A stretch of DNA of 64,000 nt from Hormiphora californensis (Eukaryota; Animalia; Ctenophora). Made by a program: the position numbers and the translations under genes. Under the pieces are notes generated by a model. That model ran no database searches. It was not told the DNA's origin and saw only the letters and a program-made list of their open reading frames with translations. The stretch spans positions 7,874,001 to 7,938,000 of the forward strand of contig CM035356.1 in assembly GCA_020137815.1 (NCBI GenBank), in the 5' to 3' direction. Shown here in pieces: positions 1 to 18,404 of this stretch (positions are counted from its first letter, which is position 1; each line of letters starts with the position of its first letter).

Positions 1-6314
<6,314 letters not shown>

Positions 6315-6454
6315 AGGTACACAATCAAGACTCTCTAGCTCTTTTTATCTTGTAAATATTCACACTATCTATTTATCTGTCCCTAATTTACGCTCTATTT
6401 CTTTTTCTTTTCATCATTTTGCCACATATATCACGGTTTCATCTCGGAAGGGAT

Positions 6455-6859
6455 CTAGTTCCAGTAAGAGGCTAGTTTAGGTCCATCCACATCTTCGAAG
6501 TCTCCGAAAGAGTACTTTGCTTCCATCCAAGGCTGGCTGATAACCTCGACAGAGTGGGTTCCAAGCTGAAAACAAAATGGTCACATGGTGGGAGAAAATT
6601 AAACAACTGTAGTTTTACTCCGAAAGGTTTTGAGATACGAATGAATCAAAATGGTGAGAGATTGAATGAGATTAGCAATCCATCCGGCAGGTCTGTGTGG
6701 GGTGTATTCGTGTTATTTGATAACACTTGCATGTATTATTCCCGTAGTATTTTGTTACACTTTCCTTCTCCCCCTCCCTCCCCTTCTTTTGTTTATTGCA
6801 CATACATGGAAATTAGAAGTGCACATGTATTCTTTAGGTTATGCATTAATTCCCACTGT

Positions 6860-6927
<68 letters not shown>

Positions 6928-7542
6928 CGCTGCATTTCCTATCCCCTAGTAATCTTACGTTTTCCGTGTCAGCGCAGTTCTCGGTACTAACAAATCCATG
7001 GTTTGCCTTCTCAACACATGCTTTGTTGCTTGTTAGTCCCAGTTTGATGGTGATGATGTACTTCTGTCCGGCTACAACCTGAAATGTTTTGGAATAAAAT
7101 GTAATATGTGTGAGTTCATCTGTTAACAAAACTACATGTAGTACAATAGGGATTCCCTATTGTACATACACTTGATAGTTGATAATATGTAGAAGGCTGT
7201 ATGTTTGAGAATCTGAATCTACCTGTGTTTTCACATCGACCACATCTCCGACCAAGATAACGTCTTGAGATGACATGAGGCCAGATCCGCTTGCCCGGGT
7301 TTTGAATTCTCCCAGGGCCTGTTTCACCGCTTCCTGGGCTTCAGGATCCTTCAAGTTAGCAGGGTAGATACCTCCGGGCCTGAAGGGAAATCGGGTGAAT
7401 TAGCAATACTATAAAATTAGTTACGTTGAGAACATAATTCCCAACTAAAATTGGTTACTTACATGCCCAAGATGATGTCCCTTTTTTCCGCCTCATACGC
7501 CACACAGGCGCCAATGAGTACCAGACAAACAATCAATTTCAT
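6455..7542 (-). CDS. Secreted cystatin (cysteine protease inhibitor), 4 exons
   Basis: Signal peptide MKLIVCLVLIGACVA, N-terminal MPGG, QVVAG split across an intron, C-terminal QPW; exons join in frame with GT-AG; ends ...LASYWN*. Confidence 0.9.
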
Positions 7543-8704
7543 ACTAGAAACGGAGAATAGGAATATTCTGTCAAATTCAGTTGTACAATAAAAGCGCAGT
7601 TACTACACTGGTGCTCCTTTATAAACACAATCATTGCTACTGAATAGCAAGGAGAAGCAGCTTTTTCATTGAAAACAATATATATAGGTGCCCTTGTTCT
7701 CTTGTCCTCTACCCTCTCTCCTGGACAATGGAGCTGCGTGACACCTGTTGTGTCATGTGAGCTGTTAGAACGCTACACACACGCCACGTGGCACAATAGA
7801 CAGAGCGGAGAGAGGGGGACAATAGGGGTTCGTTAGCACGGGGCCTCGAAAAAAGGAGGGTTGACAAAGGCCGTGTAGCACGATTATTAGGACCAGAATA
7901 AGCTTGGGTTTCAGAAAAACAAGAAAATAATGTGGAGAGAATGGATTGTTAGTGAAAATAGAGTTTAGCACAGGGACGCAGGATCAGAAGTAGCTAGAAA
8001 ATAGAAAACATGACAGTCATTAACAAAATGTTATACATTTCATGCCCCTTCATCATTTCAATTCATGAGTAATTTACCAACTAATCTGATGTTTCCTATG
8101 TTCCACGACGTGTATCTCGACCTGGCAAGTATCCAACTGTTTCATCTTACATTGTAAAGAGTCGCCTGACACTGTGTCCGCGCTCCGCAATTCAAGTAAA
8201 TTGTTAGTTTAGTCCCGGCTAAATTTACAAGTTTTATATGTTATCCGCTACGTGGAATAATATGCAGTATTCCCATTTTCTTTTGTTCTCGGATAAGGTA
8301 GCAGCAGCTCTCCATACTCTACTGATTCACTCAATCGAGTAATTACACTTCTCCAATCGAAATACTACACCACCCCACCTCACCATCCGTACCTTATCTG
8401 TAACTCCATTGGCTCAATAATATCACGACTCTCATTTCAAATGTAATTTTCCTCTTTTCTATGCGTCTCTCGTTCCAATTTTAGGGGAACGTAAGAGGGG
8501 CTTTGGGAGAGAGACGAAGAAACTCATCGACGTGTCATTTCTCATAGCTACCATCTATTTTATGTACTCCATCTCTAACAGAAAGAAGAAATTCTCAGTG
8601 AGTTCTGAGTTTCTTTCTTGATTACCAATTAGGGAGGTAGAGAGAGATAGAGCGACGCAGAGAGAGATCAGATCTCTCGTCTAGCGCTCTGTAGAGAGAG
8701 CTAG

Positions 8705-8827
<123 letters not shown>

Positions 8828-9292
8828 CCTCCTCCTTCTCTCTCTCTCTACTTACCAACAGCCTTGTAATTTTACATACATATCCTGGATTATAATCTGT
8901 ACACATTGTCTTCGTGGTACCTCGAGCTGCTCCAAGCTAACCATCTCTTTTCTGTCTGTAAAGGGTGGGGTTCTAAACTGCTTTTCTTCTTTTTTTGTGT
9001 ATTGTTCATTACAATTATCGGTATTATTACGTAGAATGTCTTTGTTTTAAATTTCATGCGACAAAAGCCATGCATTGAACAGTGGACTGATGTATCAGAG
9101 ATAACTTTTGTTTTTTGTTGTTACGGCCAGTTTGTCTTAGGAACTTGGGACACAGGGTTCATCTTTCGGCCAGTTTACAGGGTTTACTTATGTATGTCAA
9201 TTGTCACCAGATATAAGGCCACTTCCCCACCCCTATACTAAAGGGGACCCTTAACCAAACACCCTAGCAGTGCTTTTATAGTAGAAGGTATC

Positions 9293-12200
9293 ATGGATGA
9301 TCCTGAGCGAATGAAGGTGCTACAGGATGCTGATCAGAGCACAGCAGAACAATACAGACGATTTCTCTCCAACAAGGTTTATATATTGCCAAGCTCTACT
9401 GATACTTTTTTGTCTATAGATCTAATGGGGATCTAATCATTATATGTCTAGATCAGTGATCTATGATAGACTAGACATGAAGAAAAGGAGGTCCACAAGT
9501 TCACAGTGATCAGTCATCAGATCACTGTGAACTTGTGGACCTCCTTTTCTTCATTATATCTAGTCTATCATCTCCATTTGTTTGATCCATGTTTCCTCCT
9601 GCAGGGTGCGTGTTTCCTGTCTAAAACAGGGAAAGAGGGAGAGGTAGTTCCGACTCCAATAAACGTTACCCTTCTCCCAACACCCGTCTCACGAAGTGCA
9701 TACGAACACGTAAAAGCAGTTCAGGTAAATGAATTCAGAGTTTGTATATCAAGTTAAGGATAAACAACAGCAGAAGACTTGAATGAACAATTATATTCCC
9801 CAATTATATAGTTGTCATCAGATCTACTAACTACTTCCCAACTCTGTTAACACAATCCCCCCTATTTCAGGATCCCCTAAACCGGCTGATAGACAGTGTC
9901 AGTAGGGATGTAGATTATGTGACAGAATGTGTCCTACCGACCACTTCCGTGGATTATCTTGCCAAGCGACTCCTTGATATATACCATCAGTGCAAGGTAA
10001 GGGGTGTGGAGTGTGTACTGAGTACTCGGTCCATATCCGTTTTCACATTTGGTCCTTCTATAGATCCGTCTCCAGAGTCCTGCCTGACCCGCCAATACCC
10101 CCCCCCCCTTGTCGAATTACTCAACAACCCTCCCCCTTCTTGTCGAATTACCCTCCATCCACCCCCTCTTGTTGAATTACTCAACCCCCCCCCCCCCCCC
10201 CCCAGGATGATGAGGGCAAGATCACGCTGGGTATGTATCGCCACGATTACATGTTCCACACCCAAGATCCCCGTGCTCCGGAGGCCATTACCAAGGGTCA
10301 GTTCAAAATGGTTGAAGTGAATCTGATGAGTGCAGCACTTCTAGGAACTGGAAATCTTGCCATGCAGCTCCATAGCAACGTGTTAGGTGAGTCCCTTGCA
10401 ACACGTGTAAGGAACAACTGAGTCCATAGCAACGCGTGTTAGGAGCAACTGAGTCCATAGCAACGCGATATATAGGCTGTAAGGACAACTTAATACTTAT
10501 AGCATAATTCCTGATCTCCATTGCCCTAACAACTCTAATCTCCATCCTAATTCTCCTCAGGACACAAGATGCCAGACAGGGTCCAGCCATTCGAACGGAC
10601 CCTACCTCCCATGGTAAAGGGAGCGTACGAAGCACACAAACTGTACAATCGACCTGACAGTGTCTTCCTTTTCTTGGGTAATATTTGTACAGGGAATTGC
10701 CATCATGTGAACATGTGTTCTTGTTCAAATAAATTGAAATCAGTCATCTTTTGTCTAAAACAACCACTCCCCAATTTCAGTTGCGCCTGACGATTTCAAC
10801 TGGTTCGACCAACAAAAGATAATCGATGAACTATGGGAGGTATATGGGATACGAAGTCTCAAAATGACGTATGAAGAATTCATGAGAGAGGGCAAAGTGG
10901 ACGAAGATCGGAGGTGAGCGTCACAGATATTAAAACAGAGGTGGTAGATAGACAAAACAATTAAAACTTGCTGAGGGGTGGACAACAAATGAAAAGTTTA
11001 GCTGTAGTACAACAGGTCCTATACAATTACAACACGCTACATAGTTCTACATTGTACACTATTCAGTGTGATGTGTAAGAGAGGGGCGGTTGTAACTCAG
11101 CTCAAGTAACCCTCAGTTAACACCACATATTAATAAAATCAAAATTTCTCTCATAAAACTGAAATACAGTTGCTAGAATAATCACTTGAAAACATGGCCA
11201 ACAAGATATATTTTAGGTACTGGGTGAGAGGGAGCGAGGTTGCAATTATCTACTTCCGAACGCACTGGAACGAGTCACATTACACTACAGAGGAGCATTG
11301 GGAGGCACGTCTGAAGATGGAGAAAAGTAGGGCCATTGTCGTGCCCAATATTCGTCACCAAGTTCTCAACCTCAAGCTGTTCCAACAAGCGTTCCTAAAA
11401 CCCGGCATAGTTGAAAGGTAAAGTGAAAAAGAGCACATGTTTCTCTCTCCCGCCCGCGTAATTCTACATTCTATCGGGCCCAGGTTCATGGGGTCTGGGG
11501 AATGGAGCTAATTAGCCAGAAACATTTGGCTTTGTAAGTGTTGAGGTTTTGCAGCAGTACAAATGAGTGTTTACACTTTTTATCGCCGTAAAATCCATGC
11601 TATTTTAGGTATCTGAATGCAGAGGATTCCTCCAAGGTCCGGACTGTATTTGCCCAACTCCACCAACTGTCCCTCGGACCGGAAGGAGATCGTGCTGCTC
11701 AACTTGCCTTTGATTCTCCGCAGGGATGGGTATTGAAACCATCACGTGAGGGAGGCGGCAACAACTTCTGGGATGACGAGATGTTGGAAAAACTTCGCGA
11801 ACTGAAAGGATCTGAGAAACGTGAAGCATACGTGTTGATGGAAAAATTGAGACCCCCTCACATACCCAATAGGTAAGGTTACGACGTGATCTTTAGCTTT
11901 AGTTTAATTGGTCGCACTAAAAAAATCCTTCTCAGGTAGCCTCGACCTCAATAGCTTTCCATGATTTAACCTATGATTTTCTTTGCAGGGTAGTCCGTAA
12001 TCGGCCAAATTCATCACCAGAACTTACAGAAATTTTCGACACAACCGGGGAGCTCGGACTTCACTGTGTTTTCGTAGCAGATTCCCAAGGAAAGGTAAGT
12101 TGGCTTTCGAACAATTGTGTTTTCAATTCATTTTTGTTTTGCGTCTACGGAAAACAGACAGAAAGGACGGAAAGAAGGTTTATACATCGCGTCGATCTGC

Positions 12201-12450
12201 TATCGGTTATTTCTATGTGGTTAGTGTAAGCTGGTTTGGTTACCGTTTCGAAGTTGTCCATCTAATATTTTGGTCAGGGTGATGCTTACTTACTAGATGG
12301 GATCCTTTTTAACTCAAATAATTCTTTCAGGTCGTTATGAATGAAGTTGCTGGACCACTAATGAGAACAAAACCAGCTTCATGTAACGAAGGAGGTGTAG
12401 CAATTGGTATTGGCGTTATGGACTCGGTTGTTTTTGATAAAGAGAAGTGA
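9293..12450 (+). CDS. GSS: Glutathione synthetase-like ATP-grasp ligase (eukaryotic type, divergent), multi-exon
   Basis: TLLPTP, RHDYM, VEVN, NWFDQ, IYFR, WEARL, WVLKPSREGGGNN, YVLMEK, GELG, LMRTK, NEGGVAIG..DS align in order with eukaryotic GSS. Start codon uncertain. Confidence 0.88.
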
Positions 12451-13113
12451 AGGGTGAAGAGAAGTGATGCGAAGAGAAGTCTTTGACAAGAAATATTGAT
12501 AGGAGACTTGATTGAGGAAGGGGCTGGAAATTTAGGACAATAGTGAATGTTTTTGATTATAATATTAATACACACCGTAGTGAAGTTTGCATTTTATTTT
12601 CCCGATTTTATTTTCTGATTTTTATGTTTCAATTGCTTTCTAGACAGCAAATCAAACGTGTTTTCTATTTGAAGTTATTCCTGCTAATTGCAATGAACAA
12701 AATACAAATGAACATCAAACGTAAAGTTTCATCAAGTGAGTCAATATCTGACAATGACAGGTTCTACAATTGTCTCGATTTTATTTGATCTGCATGAGCA
12801 GTTGGTATTCACAGGCTCCGTATACCGAGATTGTGCCTGGCATTGTGGCGTAACAAGACTGAAGAGGCAAGACTGAAATGGTAGTGGCAACCCTGTCGGA
12901 CACCCTGTCAAAAGTGTGTCAATGAAAATGAAATGGAGCAGCCGCTTCCGTCGCGCGCGCGACTGCTGGTGAAAGAACGTCATTTCAGCAGTGAAATAAC
13001 TTTGCGGTCAAGAGATTTCCATATTCAAGTTGCCTGCCTTCGTTACGCTTGACGCCGTGGGGTATTTTACTACGTACTTTTGACATCGTATAGTCTTGAA
13101 ATCTTTACCAATC

Positions 13114-14178
13114 ATGGGTGCCGTTGACTTGACAATAACTGGTTCTAACTACAAAAAGATAGTCACTGACAGAACGTTGGATCGAGAGGGATTCTTTATT
13201 CCAAACCCTCCGCACAAACTTGACATGAGGAGGGTTAAATCTGCTGCCATTTCGCGTAGCCAGGAGCCTAATCACGGTCGTAAATCTATACTAACAAACA
13301 ATAGTCCGATGATTCGGCCCAAATCTGCCGCAGTTAGTCTCTCCCGACGACCAGAAATTGTGGAGAAAGAGAATGAAAATCAAAACGAACATCCCGTTCG
13401 CTGGACAACACAGCAAGTTCATCAAAATGATATGTCGAAAGCCAAGCATAAACTGAATGTGTGTGAGGTGATGGAGAGAATGAGGGCCAAATCATCAGAT
13501 TGTGCTGGAGCAACCGCACCACCTTGCTCCCCCAAAGGTGGCAGTGCGATTGTGGGGAAACGATTCGTTCCTGAACAGCCGGTGGAGCCACCATGTAATA
13601 CTGCCGGTACCGGGGGAGCTATACCTAACGGTTACCTAAATTACCGGCGACGAAAGCAGCTGAGCTACCTGCAGAAGGACATGACAGTCACGGGGGAACC
13701 TTCAGATAACAGAGTGATAGAGATTCCTTGTCCTGGTTCGGATGAGCCTGATGAGGAGAGTGTAGAGGTGGTTGGACCTGGACACCACCCTCTCGATCAA
13801 CCACCCCACCGCCACATAGACAATACTAGTCTTAACCACCGCCCCTCGGCACCAACTCCACCTCACCACAAGAAATCGACTGGTGGATCAAAATCGGACA
13901 TTTACCGGAGCGTCTACCTCAAGGACTACCGGGATTATTCGTCGCCCAAATTTAACGAGTACCGGGAAGCCCAATGTCGGATACCGTGTGGAGTGGACCG
14001 GCCCAAACCAGATACAAGCTATGTCAGGTATACGCCCAACACATACCGGTTCAAAGAGTCCAGAGGTGCGTGGGGAACGAACGGGTGGGACCGCAAACAG
14101 CCTCGTGCCCCCTTTAACCACACCAAAACGGTGACCACCAGACGACCAACTCAGTCAATATATGTGGGAAGCCGGTGA
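13114..14178 (+). CDS. Intronless ~354-aa orphan protein, basic/Pro-rich, probably disordered
   Basis: Long non-repetitive ORF (first ATG 13114) with elevated GC relative to flanks; no family recognised. Confidence 0.7.
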   Translation: MGAVDLTITGSNYKKIVTDRTLDREGFFIPNPPHKLDMRRVKSAAISRSQEPNHGRKSILTNNSPMIRPKSAAVSLSRRPEIVEKENENQNEHPVRWTTQQVHQNDMSKAKHKLNVCEVMERMRAKSSDCAGATAPPCSPKGGSAIVGKRFVPEQPVEPPCNTAGTGGAIPNGYLNYRRRKQLSYLQKDMTVTGEPSDNRVIEIPCPGSDEPDEESVEVVGPGHHPLDQPPHRHIDNTSLNHRPSAPTPPHHKKSTGGSKSDIYRSVYLKDYRDYSSPKFNEYREAQCRIPCGVDRPKPDTSYVRYTPNTYRFKESRGAWGTNGWDRKQPRAPFNHTKTVTTRRPTQSIYVGSR

Positions 14179-14464
14179 CGAAGTAGATACGAGGGAGAGA
14201 GATTTTAGAATTGATTGATAAACAAGTTTTTCGTGTTTTCTTAACAAATTAAAAGTTTCTACATTGTACACAATTTACATAACTTGGGCCGGCCATGGAT
14301 CTGTAGAAAAATAAAACGGGCTATTCAAATATCACCCCGTAATAAGCTGAATCTGAATTCAGATTGTCAATATTGAAATTTTTGTTCGTCCTTGCTCATC
14401 ACACCCCGGTTTTGGCGGTTTGAACGGTCACGCGCACAGTGGTGCGGGATTGAGTACTGGCGCG

Positions 14465-17400
14465 TTACAGCTCATAACAAGAAACCAGCGAGGAAAGGGC
14501 AGCAGCGAACAATTTGGGGTTGTTGTAGAAGGCACAATTGTTTGCACACATCTCCGGGCCTGTTCGTAGGAGTTCATCCTCACAGGAACACAGTGGATCA
14601 GGTGGGGGATTCATTGTGGCTATCTTGTGTCGTAATCTGGGGGATAGTTGGGATTAATGGTTGGTGGTCCTAGATGGCCGAGAACTTAGACAGTTCAACT
14701 GAGAGCTGTCATACCAATACAACCAATAGATTTAAGGTAACTATAATTATATTCCGGTCGTGATTCGTCCCGGTTGTCCGGCAAGGGGCAGCCCCGGCGA
14801 TAGGGGGCAGTGCCCCCGCAAGTTGGGCCCAGGGGCTGCGGTGGGTGTCAAGAGGGCCATTAATTCCTTACCGTTTTATCATTCTGTCAGATTGTGTTAG
14901 GATCTTCTTGTTTCTCTGAACAGTTTCGTGGACCCGAATATCAGTCTTCTTTTCTGGGGATTCCAGCTTCATCTTTCGAATTGCCTGGTTGAGGGGGAGG
15001 GGGTTAGAATGTTGAAATCTCATTCGCCATGATCTAGACTATTGGAATGGGAATCTCTAATAATAATAATAATAAAGATTTTGGCCACACGGCCAACTCG
15101 AAATTCACTCTACGCAAAGTACGTCTAAACTATAAATGCATTTCCGCTGGATCTCTACCTTTCTCAGATAACCACTAAGGAGTCACAGACCGCTTAAATC
15201 CCACATCTCTCCTTCTCTTTGTTTTTATTTCCTTGACATCCATGTCTGACCACGTCATGGCGATTGCCAATACTTCGCTGTCCTTGTTTTATTTTAAACA
15301 GTTCAACTTCCTTTATGACATAAATTCTGAAACCTGATTTGTATGTCATTACATATTATGATACACCATGTTTTAGATGGCAATATTCAGCGAAGGAGGA
15401 TTCTCTACCCCTGATTTTTACCTTTTTGTCATCTTTCTTATAATCCCATGTTTATCAGTCCCTCTAAACTATTTGGTGATGAGACACAACTATCAGAAAA
15501 GACCATCTATCGCTCGGAGCTTGTACCTCATTTTGAGTGGGGTCGATTTAGTGGTATGTCCGTATACCTTACTACCCGTTGCTGTCGGTCTGTGGGTGCC
15601 CAAAGAATGTCCTATCGCAGATAACCAGACATGTGCGGAACCTTACTACAATACTACGAGAAAAACAGAAAGCATCGCGTGGACAACATTATCATGTGGA
15701 AACTACATCTGCTTATTCTGGCCAATGGTAATCACATCGTTTCTTACGACAGTTCGGTACTTTCAAATTAAGTACCCGTTCCGTTATATCTCACAAAGGG
15801 TAGTGTTGACAGCATTGTCACTTGTCCTTATGATCCATGTTATTACCGTTCTTGTAGCATTTCATCTATTGAGAGAGGATAATCTTGTTTTCTACGTTTT
15901 GTTGCAGAGATGCGCACAAGTGGGCAGAACGGTTGGTGTGTTGATTTTGCAACAAGTCGCAAGTCTTATAATTTTAACATTGCAAGCAACTGGTATTGTA
16001 TTCACAACTTTAACTTTGGTCGAGTTATACCAGCTATACAAACATCCAATACAGGGCAATGGGGAAGGAAGGGCCCGATCTAAGATAGGAGGAACAGTAA
16101 AAGTCCTGATACTGAATTTAGGGAGCATTATACATTTCCTTTGCTTGGTCATAATAACAACCATTAATGACAACTGGAAACAGCCAGATATCGTGACATC
16201 CAAATACCCCATCGCTAACTTCATAATCTTCATTGTACTTCCAGCAATATCGTCGATGACCAACCCCTTGGTATATCTGTCTTTCGGTTTAGGGCAGACA
16301 AGAGCGGGTTGAGTTGTTCTAGCTACCACCCCTAATAACTAACAGGTGCACTAATAGTGTGTATTACGTGGTATACGGTGTTACAAAGAACCTTGTTACG
16401 AGAAACGAACTAGAAACGAACGTGATACATTAGTATTAGTATTATACATTAGTAGTAAAGTAGTAAGTAAAGTAGTAAATAAACGTGATAGATTAATATG
16501 AAGTAGTTGAACAAATCTGTGTTGCTGATTATTTGTTACATGTGTAATATGAGCTTTCGCTGCTAATGATGTATCTAGTTGTTAATAAAATTACTTGATC
16601 TGTTTATGTGACTCTAACTGTTCTAATTGGGTATAGGATATCACTTGTCGGAACAAGATTTTCAATATCTTCTCTGGCTGCTAATCTCACTTTCTCTCTC
16701 TCTCTCACACACGCCCTACTGATCAACATTTGAAGGGGAAACACACCGACGGGCAGATCACAGTTGTAGAAGAATGGTTTGGTTAAAACTTAAAAATCAT
16801 GAATGAGATCTGCTCAGGATTAAACAGGGAGGAAAATTAATCCTGAGCAGATCTCATTCATTATATCACTCGTTGGATGATAAATGACAATGTTTCCACT
16901 CTGCCAGTTCCAGACCTATACTCTAACTTTTCTCACCTCGTTAACCAATGTTTCCGCAATGTGTCGATCACTTTCAGCCTGCCACTTCAGTGCCTGGGAT
17001 GTTTTCTTCTCCTCCTTTTCTCGCTTCTTCTCCCGAGTCTGCTCTCGCTCCAGAATACTGTACGCTTTTCTACTCTCCTTCACTCGATGTACCCTAGTTA
17101 GACAGTCAAGGTATTCAGAACATCCAGTAGGGTTAAATCAAAATTCAAAAGTAATGAGTTGAAAATGCACTTTCTGGCAAATGGTGCTTACCTTAGGGTG
17201 GGGCTATCTGATACGTTCTCCTTGTTAGTTTCATCGCGAGTCTGAATGATAGTTATTATTATAATGGGTACAAGTAAGTAAGAGGAATTGAGAAAGAGTA
17301 TGAAATGAAGGAGTTGAATCGAAGGGGGTCTGTATGATCACGGAAAATAAGTTTCAAACCTGTGATTTAGAGCAGACAACAACAGGCAACTTCTTCATGG

Positions 17401-17886
17401 CATCCACACTTCTCATGAGGATATCATCTGCCTTCTGCAGCTGTAATGTCTCGTTCTGCTTTACCTCCTGATCCCTTTCTCTTTCACCTTGTAATCTCTT
17501 CTTTAATCGAGCCCTAAAATTAGCAACTCGGCGCTCCTTGGCATCTTGAATTTGTCGAAATGCCGCATCGGCTGCGGCTGCATTTGCAACTGCGTCATCC
17601 GAGTCGAAATGTGGCTTAGCAAGGTGTAATGGCTCTGCAAAACCAGTCCTGTAAAATGAGAACATGCTTTCAATTTTCAAACAGGGGCAGGGCGCAGGCA
17701 TGATCAATGGTTTGATACAAATTGAAGATTTTATCCTAAGAGGCCACACCTAAATTTGAGTCGTCCTGACACTGTGTCCTGTGCTCTGTGAATAAATCAA
17801 AAGAAAGTATGAACAACTTCAAGCATAAATACGAACCTGACAGGAAGGTTACAGTTTGAAAGGTGTCTCTGTCCCCAGAGGTAGCT
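14465..17886 (-). CDS. CCDC15: CCDC15-like coiled-coil centriolar protein (5' end not resolved)
   Basis: In-frame exons ~17886-17837, 17648-17360, ~17241-17192, ~17093-16936, ~14984-14872, ~14636-14465; C-terminus PLCSC...CANNCAFYNNPKLFAAAL matches the CCDC15 PLCxC...CANNCxFY motif as I recall it. Confidence 0.8.
14674..16312 (+). CDS. Class A (rhodopsin-like) orphan GPCR; main exon 15377-16312, putative first exon 14674-14736
   Basis: Seven hydrophobic segments, TM1 N, TM2 L..VD, VRY..I..P, NPLVY. ORF begins right after TTTTAG; upstream MAENLDSSTESCHTNTTNRFK|GTAAC joins in phase 0 and supplies an N-glycosylation sequon (first exon inferred). Confidence 0.85.
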
Positions 17887-18404
17887 CTATTTTACTAGTA
17901 ACGCCCTTCAGGTCGCACATAAGACGAGGTGTAGAGACATTCTCCAGGGCCATATCCTGCGCTAGACAGAGTTTCAGAGTTAAAATTTAAAACAGTCACG
18001 CTAGAGTCTACAGTCTTGAGCCTAGAAATTGGCATACGCTGCAGGCCCCTCGTTGCGTGCATGAGGGGGATGCAGTGCATTCCAAGCCTAGAAAGCAGTT
18101 AACCGTGGAGCGGAGACACGTCCGTTGGGGGTTTTTTGAGGCGCTTTCCAGCGCAGCTCAGGTCAACCCGAAGTAAGAAATACACGCGTCGCGCCGCGCA
18201 TATGTCAGCAAATATAAAATCTACAAATTCAGCGCGTTACATTTATCGCTGTCACGCCGCCGCCGTTCTTTTGGACCAAAACTGAAATTTTGAAATCACA
18301 TCTTTTTTTTGAAAGTTTCGAATTTCTTTTTCAGATTTTCCGTCTACCGACTTGTTTTCTTTCACTCCCAGGGTACGGTCTCCACGCTTCATAATTTATT
18401 AAAG

